Shown: positions 17,977-26,038 of the stretch, in pieces
How positions within the stretch are numbered: position 1 is the first letter of the stretch
Layout of the letters: the number at the start of each line of letters is the position of its first letter
From: Candidatus Spongiisociaceae bacterium
GTDB lineage: Bacteria; Actinomycetota; Acidimicrobiia; Spongiisociales; Spongiisociaceae
Assembly: GCA_965262915.1 (NCBI GenBank)
Contig: OZ253564.1
Span: 2,528,001 to 2,592,000, forward strand
Length of the DNA stretch: 64,000 nucleotides
Direction: 5' to 3'
Program-made: the position numbers and the translations under genes
Notes under the pieces: generated by a model
What the model was told of the DNA's origin: nothing
The model's input: only the letters and a program-made list of their open reading frames with translations
Databases searched by the model: none

Positions 17977-18900
17977 TCATCCCTCGTCCGTCTCGACGCT
18001 CACTCCCTCATGGCGCTTGGCCCTCGGGTCGAGCAGGACTCTGAGACCGTCCGCAGCCAGATTCACCGAGACCACGAAGTAGGTGACGGCCACGCCCGGG
18101 ATGATTCCGTAATAGGGCGCAGATCGGAGAAAGCGGCGGCTGGTGGCAAGCATCGCCCCCCATGAAGGTTCCGGCTCCTGAGCGCCTAGGCCCAGGAAGC
18201 TCAACGACGCCTCCAGCAAGACGGCCGAGGACAGGGCAAGCGCGGCCTGCACGATCACCGGGGCCATGGCGTTCGGCAACACGTGGCGGAACATCACCCG
18301 CGGGTTGGAAATCCCGAGTCCCCGCAACGCATCGACGTAGTCGTAGGCCAGTTCTTGAACGACGGCGCCTCTCGTTATTCGAGCAAAGTAGGCGGATAGA
18401 CCGATTGCTATGGCGACGCCCACCGACCTCAAACTCGTACCGAGGACGGCGACCGTCCCGATGCCCACGAGCATCATCGGTATCGCGAAGAGGGCGTCCC
18501 AGAACCTCATCATCGCTCCGCCGGCCCACCCTGCGTAGTAGCCGGCGACGGCTCCGGACAGCCCGCCTATCAGGGCCGCAGCGGTGACCGACAGCAGGCC
18601 GACCACCACAGAGATGCGGGCCCCGTAGAGCACCCTTGCGAAGAGGTCCCGTCCTATCTGGTCCGTTCCGAACCAGTGCTCGGCGGAAGGGCCTTGGAAG
18701 CGGGACTCGAAGTTGATATCGGTCGGCCCGTACTGAGCCAGGAGTGGTGCGGCAACGGCCCCGAAGACGAGCAGAAGGATGGCGATCCCGCCGATCATGG
18801 CTGCCCTCTCAGCCCGAACAGCCGCGAACAACCGGCCGCTCCTGCCACCGCCGGTCAGGAGCGTTGGTCTGACGGGTCCAACGTCGCCGGGCGTGCTCAC
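17977..18900 (-). CDS. Peptide/nickel ABC transporter permease (DppC-like)
   Basis: HWFGTDQIGRDLFARVLYGARIS, RHVLPN, EASLSFLGLG and PSWG motifs. Confidence 0.92.
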   Translation of the reverse strand: MSTPGDVGPVRPTLLTGGGRSGRLFAAVRAERAAMIGGIAILLLVFGAVAAPLLAQYGPTDINFESRFQGPSAEHWFGTDQIGRDLFARVLYGARISVVVGLLSVTAAALIGGLSGAVAGYYAGWAGGAMMRFWDALFAIPMMLVGIGTVAVLGTSLRSVGVAIAIGLSAYFARITRGAVVQELAYDYVDALRGLGISNPRVMFRHVLPNAMAPVIVQAALALSSAVLLEASLSFLGLGAQEPEPSWGAMLATSRRFLRSAPYYGIIPGVAVTYFVVSVNLAADGLRVLLDPRAKRHEGVSVETDEG

Positions 18901-19850
18901 TGTGTGATCTGCTCCCTCACACGAGGATCGACGAACCCGTACAGCAGATCGGTCGCGAGGTTTACCAATGCGAACCCCACGACCAGCAGGAACAGGCACG
19001 CTTGAACGGTTGGATAGTCTCTGGCTCCCAGAGCCTCGACCAGCAGGCGTCCCATTCCCGGCCAGGTGAACACGGATTCGATGATGACCGATCCACCGAG
19101 GAGCGCGCCGAACTGCAGGCCGATGACCGTGATGATGGGAATCAGCGCCGTGCGAAGGGCGTGGCGCCTGATGACGCGGTGGTAAGGCACACCCTTGGCT
19201 CTGGCCGTCCTGACATAGTCTTCGGAGAGAACCCTCTGTAGCGCCGCCTGCACGAACCGTGCGAGCACCGACCCGAGCATCATGGCCAGGACGGCGACGG
19301 GCATGACCAACGACTTGATGGCCTCCACCGGATCCTCCGCGAAGCTGACGTATCCCCCGGTGGGAAGCCAGCCCAGATACAGCGAGAAGACCAGGATGGC
19401 AATGAGGCCGATCCAAAAGGGAGGCACGCCATAGAGGACGGAGACAATCCCGGTAACGCCGATCCGGACCGACTCGCGGCGACTCACCGCTCCGATCGTC
19501 CCGACGACGATGCCTATCACGACACCGACCGCCAGAGAACTCATCACCAGAACGATCGTGGGTACGTAGACACCCTTTATGCGGTCCGCTACCGGCCCTT
19601 TTGTCACGAACGATTCCCCGAACTCGCCCTGGACGACCCCGGTGATCCACTTGGAGTAGGCCACGGGAATCGGGTCGTTCAGCCCCAGCTTCTCCCGGAT
19701 TGCCTCCACCGCTTCGGGACGGGCCTCCAAGCCCGCTTGGAGAGCAGCGGGGTCACCCGGGACCAGCCGGAGCACGGCAAACGCGCCCGCGCTCGCGATG
19801 AAGAGCACGAGCAATGCCTGGCCCAAACGCCGCGCGACGTAGCCGCTCAT
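18897..19850 (-). CDS. Peptide/nickel ABC transporter permease (DppB-like)
   Basis: VPGDPA, DYVRTARAKG, HALRTALIP, IESVFTWPGMG, RDYP and DPRVR motifs. Confidence 0.93.
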   Translation of the reverse strand: MSGYVARRLGQALLVLFIASAGAFAVLRLVPGDPAALQAGLEARPEAVEAIREKLGLNDPIPVAYSKWITGVVQGEFGESFVTKGPVADRIKGVYVPTIVLVMSSLAVGVVIGIVVGTIGAVSRRESVRIGVTGIVSVLYGVPPFWIGLIAILVFSLYLGWLPTGGYVSFAEDPVEAIKSLVMPVAVLAMMLGSVLARFVQAALQRVLSEDYVRTARAKGVPYHRVIRRHALRTALIPIITVIGLQFGALLGGSVIIESVFTWPGMGRLLVEALGARDYPTVQACLFLLVVGFALVNLATDLLYGFVDPRVREQITQ

Positions 19851-19937
19851 CCGAGCCTCCTATGGGTTCGTGCTCGGGCCCCGGGCAGATACGTCCGGCC
19901 CGGGGCCCGAGCACTCATTCATTCGGGTCGCGATCGC

Positions 19938-21605
19938 TCAGGAGCAATCGGACATGTCGATGTTATCGGGATAGACGCGACCCAGATAGCTGTCGTTGTA
20001 TCCCACCACACAGGAGGCGAGTAGCACGAGCTGGCCGCTCGACCCCACCGAGATCACGAAGGCCTGGTCGATCATGAACCGGGCCAACTCCTGGTAGAGG
20101 TCTATGCGCTTCTGCGGATCGATTTCCACCCTCGCACTGTTGACGAGCCTCTTGTACTCCTCGTTGTCGAAGTTGGAGATGTTTTCTTCGGGCTTGGTGA
20201 ACCTGGCTCCCAGAGTCGAACTCGGATCGACCAGTCCTCCCGAGCCGTAGTACGCGGAGCTGAACCCGGTGAAGGTTCCGCCGAGGAACCTATCCGCCCA
20301 GGTGGCCGTCTCCAGGACGATGATGTCCAGAGTGATGCCGATCTCCGCCAGGTTGGCCTGGAAGAGAGGCAGCCAGTCATTGATCTCCGGGTTCACGTCC
20401 AGCGACAGCTCGAACTCGATGGTGAACGGACCCTGACCGACCTCAGCCAGCAGCGCTCGCGCCCCGTCGAAATCGACGTCGATGAAATCGTCGTCCGGGT
20501 TGTAGAACACCGAGCTGTCGGCGAAGAAATTCGCGGTCGGCTTGGCGTACCCGAAGTTGATGTCCACGAACTCCTTGCGTGGCACCACCAGGCTCACGGC
20601 CTTGCGAACCCGCTTGTCGCTCAACTCTGGAGTGGCCGTCTGGACATTCCACATGTGGATCCGTGCCGTGTCGCCCTCGAAGATCCGGAAATCCGGTGAC
20701 TCGGCAACCCGCACGGCCTCTTCCAGCGGCGGCTGGATGAACCCGTGGACCTCGCCGGTCTCGAGCGCGATGATTGCGGCCGCCGAATCGGCGAACTGCT
20801 TGACCACGTATTCGTCGATCGGTGGGCGCGGACCCCAGAAGTCCTCGTTTCTCTCCGCCACCATCTCCACGCCGGGCGAGAAGGACTTCACCTTGAACGG
20901 GCCGGTTCCGATACCCTGATCAGCTTCCGGCAGGTACGGGATAGCGATCTCGATCAGGTTGTGGAGGAGGCCGGGGAATACATCCGGCAGATGGAAGACC
21001 AGGGTGAGGTCGTCGGGGGCCGAGTAAGTGATCCCTTGCTCGCCCTGCGCCTGGCCGTTCTGGAGGTTGTTTGCGGGATCCTGGTAGTGCTCCAAGACGT
21101 CGATTATGTGTTGCGCGGTCAACTCCACGCCGTTGTGGAACTTCACTCCGGGCCGCACGTGGAACGTGTACGTCAGCCCGTCGTCGCTGATCTCCCACGA
21201 TTCCGCAAGGTCCGGCACGAAGGCTCCGGCGCCGGACGGACCCGACACGATCGTGTCGTAGATCGAGTAGTACATCGCAATGTGCCCGATCGTGGCCGTC
21301 TCAGGCTTCAGGTTCGTCAGGTCCCCCGACGTAGCCATGGTGAAGGTACCGCCTTCAGCCATCATTTCAGCCTCGGTGGTGGTCGGGGTTTCCTCTTCCT
21401 CCTCCATGGTCTCTTCGGCCATGGTTTCCTCGGTTGTCTCTTCCATGGTCTCTTCGGCCATGGTTTCCTCGGTTGTTTCCGCTGCGGTGGTGGTCGCCGG
21501 CGCAGCCGGAGCGGTGGTCTCTGCCGCCGGTTCTTCGTCTCCACCACAGGCAGCCGCAACCAGCGCAAATGCCACCAGCAGGGCTAACAATCTCGTGATT
21601 CTCAT
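19938..21605 (-). CDS. Peptide-type ABC substrate-binding lipoprotein (family 5)
   Basis: Lipobox VAAAC; PDLAESWEISDDGLTYTFHVRPGVKFHNG; GTGPF; Glu/Thr-rich linker. Confidence 0.92.
   Translation of the reverse strand: MRITRLLALLVAFALVAAACGGDEEPAAETTAPAAPATTTAAETTEETMAEETMEETTEETMAEETMEEEEETPTTTEAEMMAEGGTFTMATSGDLTNLKPETATIGHIAMYYSIYDTIVSGPSGAGAFVPDLAESWEISDDGLTYTFHVRPGVKFHNGVELTAQHIIDVLEHYQDPANNLQNGQAQGEQGITYSAPDDLTLVFHLPDVFPGLLHNLIEIAIPYLPEADQGIGTGPFKVKSFSPGVEMVAERNEDFWGPRPPIDEYVVKQFADSAAAIIALETGEVHGFIQPPLEEAVRVAESPDFRIFEGDTARIHMWNVQTATPELSDKRVRKAVSLVVPRKEFVDINFGYAKPTANFFADSSVFYNPDDDFIDVDFDGARALLAEVGQGPFTIEFELSLDVNPEINDWLPLFQANLAEIGITLDIIVLETATWADRFLGGTFTGFSSAYYGSGGLVDPSSTLGARFTKPEENISNFDNEEYKRLVNSARVEIDPQKRIDLYQELARFMIDQAFVISVGSSGQLVLLASCVVGYNDSYLGRVYPDNIDMSDCS
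21404..21480. repeat. 39-bp tandem duplication encoding the TTEETMAEETME linker
   Basis: CCATGGTCTCTTCGGCCATGGTTTCCTCGGTTGT occurs twice in tandem. Confidence 0.8.
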
Positions 21606-21750
21606 GCTCTTCCTCTTTCCCGAACCCCTCACGCTTTCCGTTTACACCAGTGAGGCCCGTACCTCCACATCGCCACCCCGCGCTGTCGACAAGGGTGTCC
21701 TTCGAAGATATACGGATGCTACTCCGGGGTGGTTGGAGCCTGCCAGAGAA

Positions 21751-21770
21751 AATGCAATTCAATTTGCATT
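21751..21770. promoter_or_regulatory. AT-rich palindrome, candidate operator upstream of the ABC/iol operon
   Basis: AATGCAA-N6-TTGCATT about 150 bp upstream of the SBP start. Confidence 0.4.
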
Positions 21771-21785
21771 GGGATCGACGATCCC

Positions 21786-21885
21786 GCACCGGATACGGAA
21801 GCGGCAAGCCGCCCGAGGGTCGGCCGCGCTCGTTATCTCTCCCCGCAGTTCGATCCTGTCGGTGTATTCGTCGAGTTCCTTCGAC
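21786..21885 (-). pseudogene. Remnant of an ABC ATPase C-terminus
   Basis: Translates SKELDEYTDRIELRGEITSAADPRAACRFRIRC versus SKELDEYTDRIELQGEIPSAADPPSGCHFRTRC in 58173-60221. Confidence 0.85.
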
Positions 21886-22008
21886 CGCCGATCCCAACGT
21901 AGGTGCCCGCACGGGGCGCGCTGCGACCACGTCGTGTGCGATGAAGACAGATGAAGACATACGACAGTTTCGTATCGTGCCGGAGCCGGTCCGCAGTGAC
22001 TGCGGCCG

Positions 22009-23337
22009 TCAGGCTTGGCTCTCCGCCACCCACACCGCGGCAAGGCCAAGCGGTCCGCTCGCGCCGCCGGCGCTTCTTCCCTGCTGTTCGTGTTCTCCCA
22101 CCGCTACCAAGCCCGGCCCTCCAGGGGTGACGTCGGACATCGACTGGTCACCCTCGGCACCGAGGACCTCGTCGTCGGGCACCCGTGACCAGGTAATCCC
22201 ATCGGGAGAGGTCCACACTGCTGCATGGCGAAGCCGGAACTCGCTGAACGGCCCGTCCCATCCCACAGCCACCAGGCCGGGGCCGCCGGCGGTGACGCTC
22301 ACCATCGTCTGGCTGAACCTTCCTCCGAAGACCGCGTCGTCGTGGGGGACCCGTGACCAGTTGACCCCGTCGGGAGAGGTCCACACCGCCGCATCGGAAT
22401 TGCTGAACGACCCTTCGAACCCGACTGCCACCAGGCCGGGGCCGCCGGCGGTGACGCTCTCCATTACCTGGCGATCCGCTCCCATCAACTCTCGATCCTC
22501 ACCGCCGGAAACCGCCTCGTCGGGCACCCGTGACCAGTTGACCCCGTCGGGAGAGGTCCACACCGCGGGATCGCCATCGTCGTTGGAGGCGTCCGTTCCG
22601 ACTGCTACCAGGCCGGGGCCGCCGGCGGTGACGCTCGTCATCGACTGGTTGCCTCCTCCTCCGAAGACCGCCTCGTCGTGGGTGACTCGTGACCAGGTGA
22701 CCCCGTCGGGAGAGGTCCATACCGCCACATCGGAGTTCTTGACCGGCCCGTCCGTTCCGACTGCTACCAGGCCGGGGCCGCCGGCCGTCACGCTCGTCAT
22801 CGACTGGTCACCCTCGCCGCCGAAGACCGCCTCGTCGTGGGTGACTCGTGACCAGGTGACCCCGTCGGGAGAGGTCCATACCGCCGCATCGAGATCGCCG
22901 ACCGGCCCGTCCGTTCCGATTGCCACCAGGCCGGGGCCGCCGGCGGTGACGCTCGTCATCGACTGGTTGCCTCCTCCTCCGAAGACTGCGTCGTCGTGGG
23001 TGACTCGTGACCAGGTGACCCCGTCGGCGGAGGTCCATACCGCCGCAATGAGACCGTCTTCCGAGGCTTCGGTTCCGATTGCTACCAGGCCGGGGCCGCC
23101 GGTTGTCACGCCGGTCATCGCCTGGCCGGCCTCGCCTCCGAAGACCGCCTCGTCGCCGGGCACCCGAGACCAGCTGAGCGAGGAAACAATGGCCGCGGTA
23201 GGGGTGGCTGCCGCGGTAGGTGTCGGCCCGGAAGTGGTGGTTGGCGCCACGGTGGTGGTGGGCGCGAGATCGCTGCCACAAGCCCCAGTTACCAGCGCTA
23301 CAGCCACGAAGAGCGACCGGGCTCTGGCAATGGGCAA
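22009..23337 (-). CDS. Lipoprotein with seven ~53-60 aa repeats; predicted beta-propeller with Asp-box-like turns
   Basis: Lipobox TGAC, Thr/Pro linker, seven WSRV...SVTAGGPGLVAVG...AAVWTSPDG units. Confidence 0.8.
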   Translation of the reverse strand: MPIARARSLFVAVALVTGACGSDLAPTTTVAPTTTSGPTPTAAATPTAAIVSSLSWSRVPGDEAVFGGEAGQAMTGVTTGGPGLVAIGTEASEDGLIAAVWTSADGVTWSRVTHDDAVFGGGGNQSMTSVTAGGPGLVAIGTDGPVGDLDAAVWTSPDGVTWSRVTHDEAVFGGEGDQSMTSVTAGGPGLVAVGTDGPVKNSDVAVWTSPDGVTWSRVTHDEAVFGGGGNQSMTSVTAGGPGLVAVGTDASNDDGDPAVWTSPDGVNWSRVPDEAVSGGEDRELMGADRQVMESVTAGGPGLVAVGFEGSFSNSDAAVWTSPDGVNWSRVPHDDAVFGGRFSQTMVSVTAGGPGLVAVGWDGPFSEFRLRHAAVWTSPDGITWSRVPDDEVLGAEGDQSMSDVTPGGPGLVAVGEHEQQGRSAGGASGPLGLAAVWVAESQA

Positions 23338-23390
23338 CTCGTTCCTCCTTCCGCGACCGGTGATTCATCGAAATGGAACTGCTTCAAGCT

Positions 23391-23439
23391 TAGTGGTCTG
23401 CCTGCAAGACAACTCGGCGTGCCCTGCTTGGCATCGACG
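23391..23439. mobile_element. Truncated family A left end
   Basis: TAGTGGTCTGCCTGCAAGACAACTCGGCGTGCCCTGCTTGGCATCGACG aligns with the first ~50 bp of family A. Confidence 0.75.
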
Positions 23440-23471
23440 GTAGGAGCCAACGGCGGTTTCGGAGGATATTC

Positions 23472-24632
23472 TTAGGAATACTGCCGAGCCATCCTGCTCG
23501 AAGACTCCCCGTCGCTGCCGGGGTCGATCAGGAGGTCTCCGATCTCGTCGAACAACTCACGGCATGAGCCGAGAGACATCTCTATGCCCTTCGCCCGGCG
23601 GTAGTAGAAGTTGAGCCGATGATCGAGGACGAAACCTGCCCCCGCGAAGATCTGATGAGCCTCCTTCGTGACGCGGCGGGCGGCGCCTGCCGCGAACGCC
23701 TTGGCCATCACCAGGCGCGGGTCGGCCCGCAGCCTCTGGTTGTAGAGGTGAGCGGCCTGGTATGTGAGGAACCGTGCTGCGTCGCGATCCGCCACCATAT
23801 CGGCGCACTTGTGCTGGATGGCCTGGTAACTGCCGATCGGGCGCCCGAAGGCGATCCGGTTCTTGGCGTATTCCACGGCCATTTCCAGTGCTGCGTCCGC
23901 CAAGCCGACCAGTTCCGCCGCCTGTGCGATGCGCGCGGCCGGAAGAACCGACTCAATGGCGGCGAGCGCGGAACCCGGTTCCCCGAGGCGTGCGCATCCG
24001 GCGACCTCCACATTGTCGATCAGCAGCCGGTGCTGGCGCTCCCCGGAGAGGGTGTGCAGGGTTTCCAGAGCCACCCCCTGATCTCGGGGGTCAACCATGA
24101 AGAAGTCCAGCTCGCCGGTTCCCGACATGGCCGGCACGAGGATGGAGTCCGCCGCCGATGCGTACGGGACGAAGCTCTTGATCCCGCTGAGGCGGTAGCC
24201 GCTCGGGATCTCCTCCGCAACGGTGGCTACGGGCGTCATCTCGCCACCCGGTTCGTACAGGGCAACCGTTGCGACCCGATCGCCACGCAGCACGTCGCCA
24301 AGGAGCTGGTCGTGCCCGACGGGCTCGAGGAAACGGAGCAGGCGGCCCGCCAGCCGGCAGATGAAGTGCGGGCCGGGTAGCGCGGCCCTGCCCAGTTCCT
24401 CGTGCAGGACCACCAGGTCCACTGCGTCGTCGGGAGGTCCGTTCGGGTCGGACAGCACACCGAGCTCGAGCCATCCGAGGCGCCCCATCCGGCCATGTGC
24501 CTCCCGGGAGAACCCGTGCCCCTCCTGCTCGGCTTCCGTGAGCGCCTCCAGGGTCGAGTACGCCGCCAGGAACTCGCGGGCGCTCCTGCGTAGCTCCTCC
24601 TGGTGCCACTCGAGGGAGAAATCGAGTCCCAT
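23472..24632 (-). CDS. Acyl-CoA dehydrogenase (probable partner subunit)
   Basis: LSGIKSFV, AVEYAKNRIAFGRPIGSYQAIQHKCADM and AHQIFAGAGF; ATG overlaps the upstream stop. Confidence 0.9.
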   Translation of the reverse strand: MGLDFSLEWHQEELRRSAREFLAAYSTLEALTEAEQEGHGFSREAHGRMGRLGWLELGVLSDPNGPPDDAVDLVVLHEELGRAALPGPHFICRLAGRLLRFLEPVGHDQLLGDVLRGDRVATVALYEPGGEMTPVATVAEEIPSGYRLSGIKSFVPYASAADSILVPAMSGTGELDFFMVDPRDQGVALETLHTLSGERQHRLLIDNVEVAGCARLGEPGSALAAIESVLPAARIAQAAELVGLADAALEMAVEYAKNRIAFGRPIGSYQAIQHKCADMVADRDAARFLTYQAAHLYNQRLRADPRLVMAKAFAAGAARRVTKEAHQIFAGAGFVLDHRLNFYYRRAKGIEMSLGSCRELFDEIGDLLIDPGSDGESSSRMARQYS

Positions 24633-25807
24633 CAGCTGCCCCGCGGGAGGCCGAGCCCCCGCAATGCGATGATGTTCTTCTGGATCTCGGTGGTCCCGCC
24701 GGAGTGCTGGGAACAACTGGCCAGGTAGAGCTTCTCGATCCTTCCCCGGAGAACGGCCCGGCGCGACCCGGCGGGGACGAGGCCGGGGAGACCGAGTAGA
24801 TCGAGAGCGAAGTTGGCGAACGGATGCTGGAACTGGCGCGTCCGCAGGTTCTGGATCGAGGCCTCCGAACTCGGCTCCTCGCCGCGACTCTGCAACCACA
24901 CGATGCGCCACGAGAGCATCCGTTGCGCTTCGAGTTCCGTGGCCCACCTCGCCAGGCCGCGCCTCACGGATCGCTCTGCGATCAGCGGCTCGCCGGCGCG
25001 GCGGGTGTCACGGCAGTAGGAGATCAGATCGCCGAGCAGGCTCTGGTAGAGGGCCACGTAGTAGATGCCGGACCGCTCGATGTTGAGGGTGGACATCGCC
25101 ACCCGCCACCCCTGGTGTTCCGGTCCGATCCGGTTGCCGGCGGGTACCCGGACGTCGTCCAGGTAGATGCTGTTGAGACGCCCGTGGTTGATCGTGCGAA
25201 CCCCCTTCACGGTGATGCCCGGCGTCGAGTTGTCGACGATGAACATGCTGAGGTTGCGGTGACGGCGTGCGCCGGGGTCGGTCACAGCCAGCAACCACAG
25301 GTGCGTGGCGCGATGGGCCTCCGTACTGAACACCTTCAGACCGTTGAGAACGTAGTGGTCTCCCTCTCTCACCGCCCTGGTCCGGATGTTGGCGAGATCC
25401 GATCCTGCTTCGGGCTCCGTGAAGGCGGGTCCGTAGCAGTGCTCTGCTCGGGCGATGGGGGGCAGGAAGCGCTGCTTCTGCTCCTCGGTGCCGTACGTGA
25501 TCAGCGGCATCGCCACCCACTCGGTGGCGATGTTGTGCCAACCGACCGGAGCCCGGTACCGCCCCAGTTGCTCGTTGAGCACGGCAACGTAGGACAGGGG
25601 AAGTCCCGATCCGCCGTACGCGGTGGGCCACGCCAGGCTCAGCCACCCGCGCCGGGCGAGCTTCCGCGAGAACGGTTGGGACCAGTTGCTCTCCGCCGCT
25701 TGCTGCGTGTCGAGTTCGTCCAGGAGCTCCGCCGTTATCCCCGCTTCGAGGAAGTTCGCGACCCCGGTCCGGAAGGCAGCCAGTTCGGGACCGAGTGACA
25801 TGTCCAT
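24632..25807 (-). CDS. Acyl-CoA dehydrogenase
   Basis: WPTAYGG, FTEPEAGSDLA, LNGLKVFST, STLNIERSG and GGTTEIQKNIIA motifs. Confidence 0.92.
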   Translation of the reverse strand: MDMSLGPELAAFRTGVANFLEAGITAELLDELDTQQAAESNWSQPFSRKLARRGWLSLAWPTAYGGSGLPLSYVAVLNEQLGRYRAPVGWHNIATEWVAMPLITYGTEEQKQRFLPPIARAEHCYGPAFTEPEAGSDLANIRTRAVREGDHYVLNGLKVFSTEAHRATHLWLLAVTDPGARRHRNLSMFIVDNSTPGITVKGVRTINHGRLNSIYLDDVRVPAGNRIGPEHQGWRVAMSTLNIERSGIYYVALYQSLLGDLISYCRDTRRAGEPLIAERSVRRGLARWATELEAQRMLSWRIVWLQSRGEEPSSEASIQNLRTRQFQHPFANFALDLLGLPGLVPAGSRRAVLRGRIEKLYLASCSQHSGGTTEIQKNIIALRGLGLPRGS

Positions 25808-25842
25808 CAGTCCCGCTCCGCACCGAACCGGGGGGCCGCGCA

Positions 25843-26038
25843 AGGGACGGCGTGGTTCACTCCGCGGATCCCCGCGGCAGCGCCACCGTCGAAACGCGCC
25901 CCGGCCATCGCGTCATACGCCGCGTCCCGGTGCGGCATGAGGTCGGCGATCACCTAGGCGGCCACTCCTCCGGACATGTAGCCGAGGTTAACCTCGCTCA
26001 GACCGAGAAAGGCCTCGCCGGTGCCGATCTCGATGTCA
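25843..26038 (-). pseudogene. Fragment of an enoyl-CoA hydratase/lyase paralogous to 40932-41789
   Basis: Translates DIEIGTGEAFLGLSEVNLGYMSGGVAA*VIADLMPHRDAAYDAMAGARFDG, with an internal stop, versus DIAIAADEAVFGLSEVNLGYMPGGLVAKSIASLMPYRDAVYYAMTGERFDG. Confidence 0.85.

Noticed and set aside
21650-23443. 597-aa plus-strand repetitive ORF, and 56646-57527 on the minus strand
   Set aside because: These are antisense shadows of the repeat lipoproteins; the opposite strand has the RBS, lipobox and coherent repeats.
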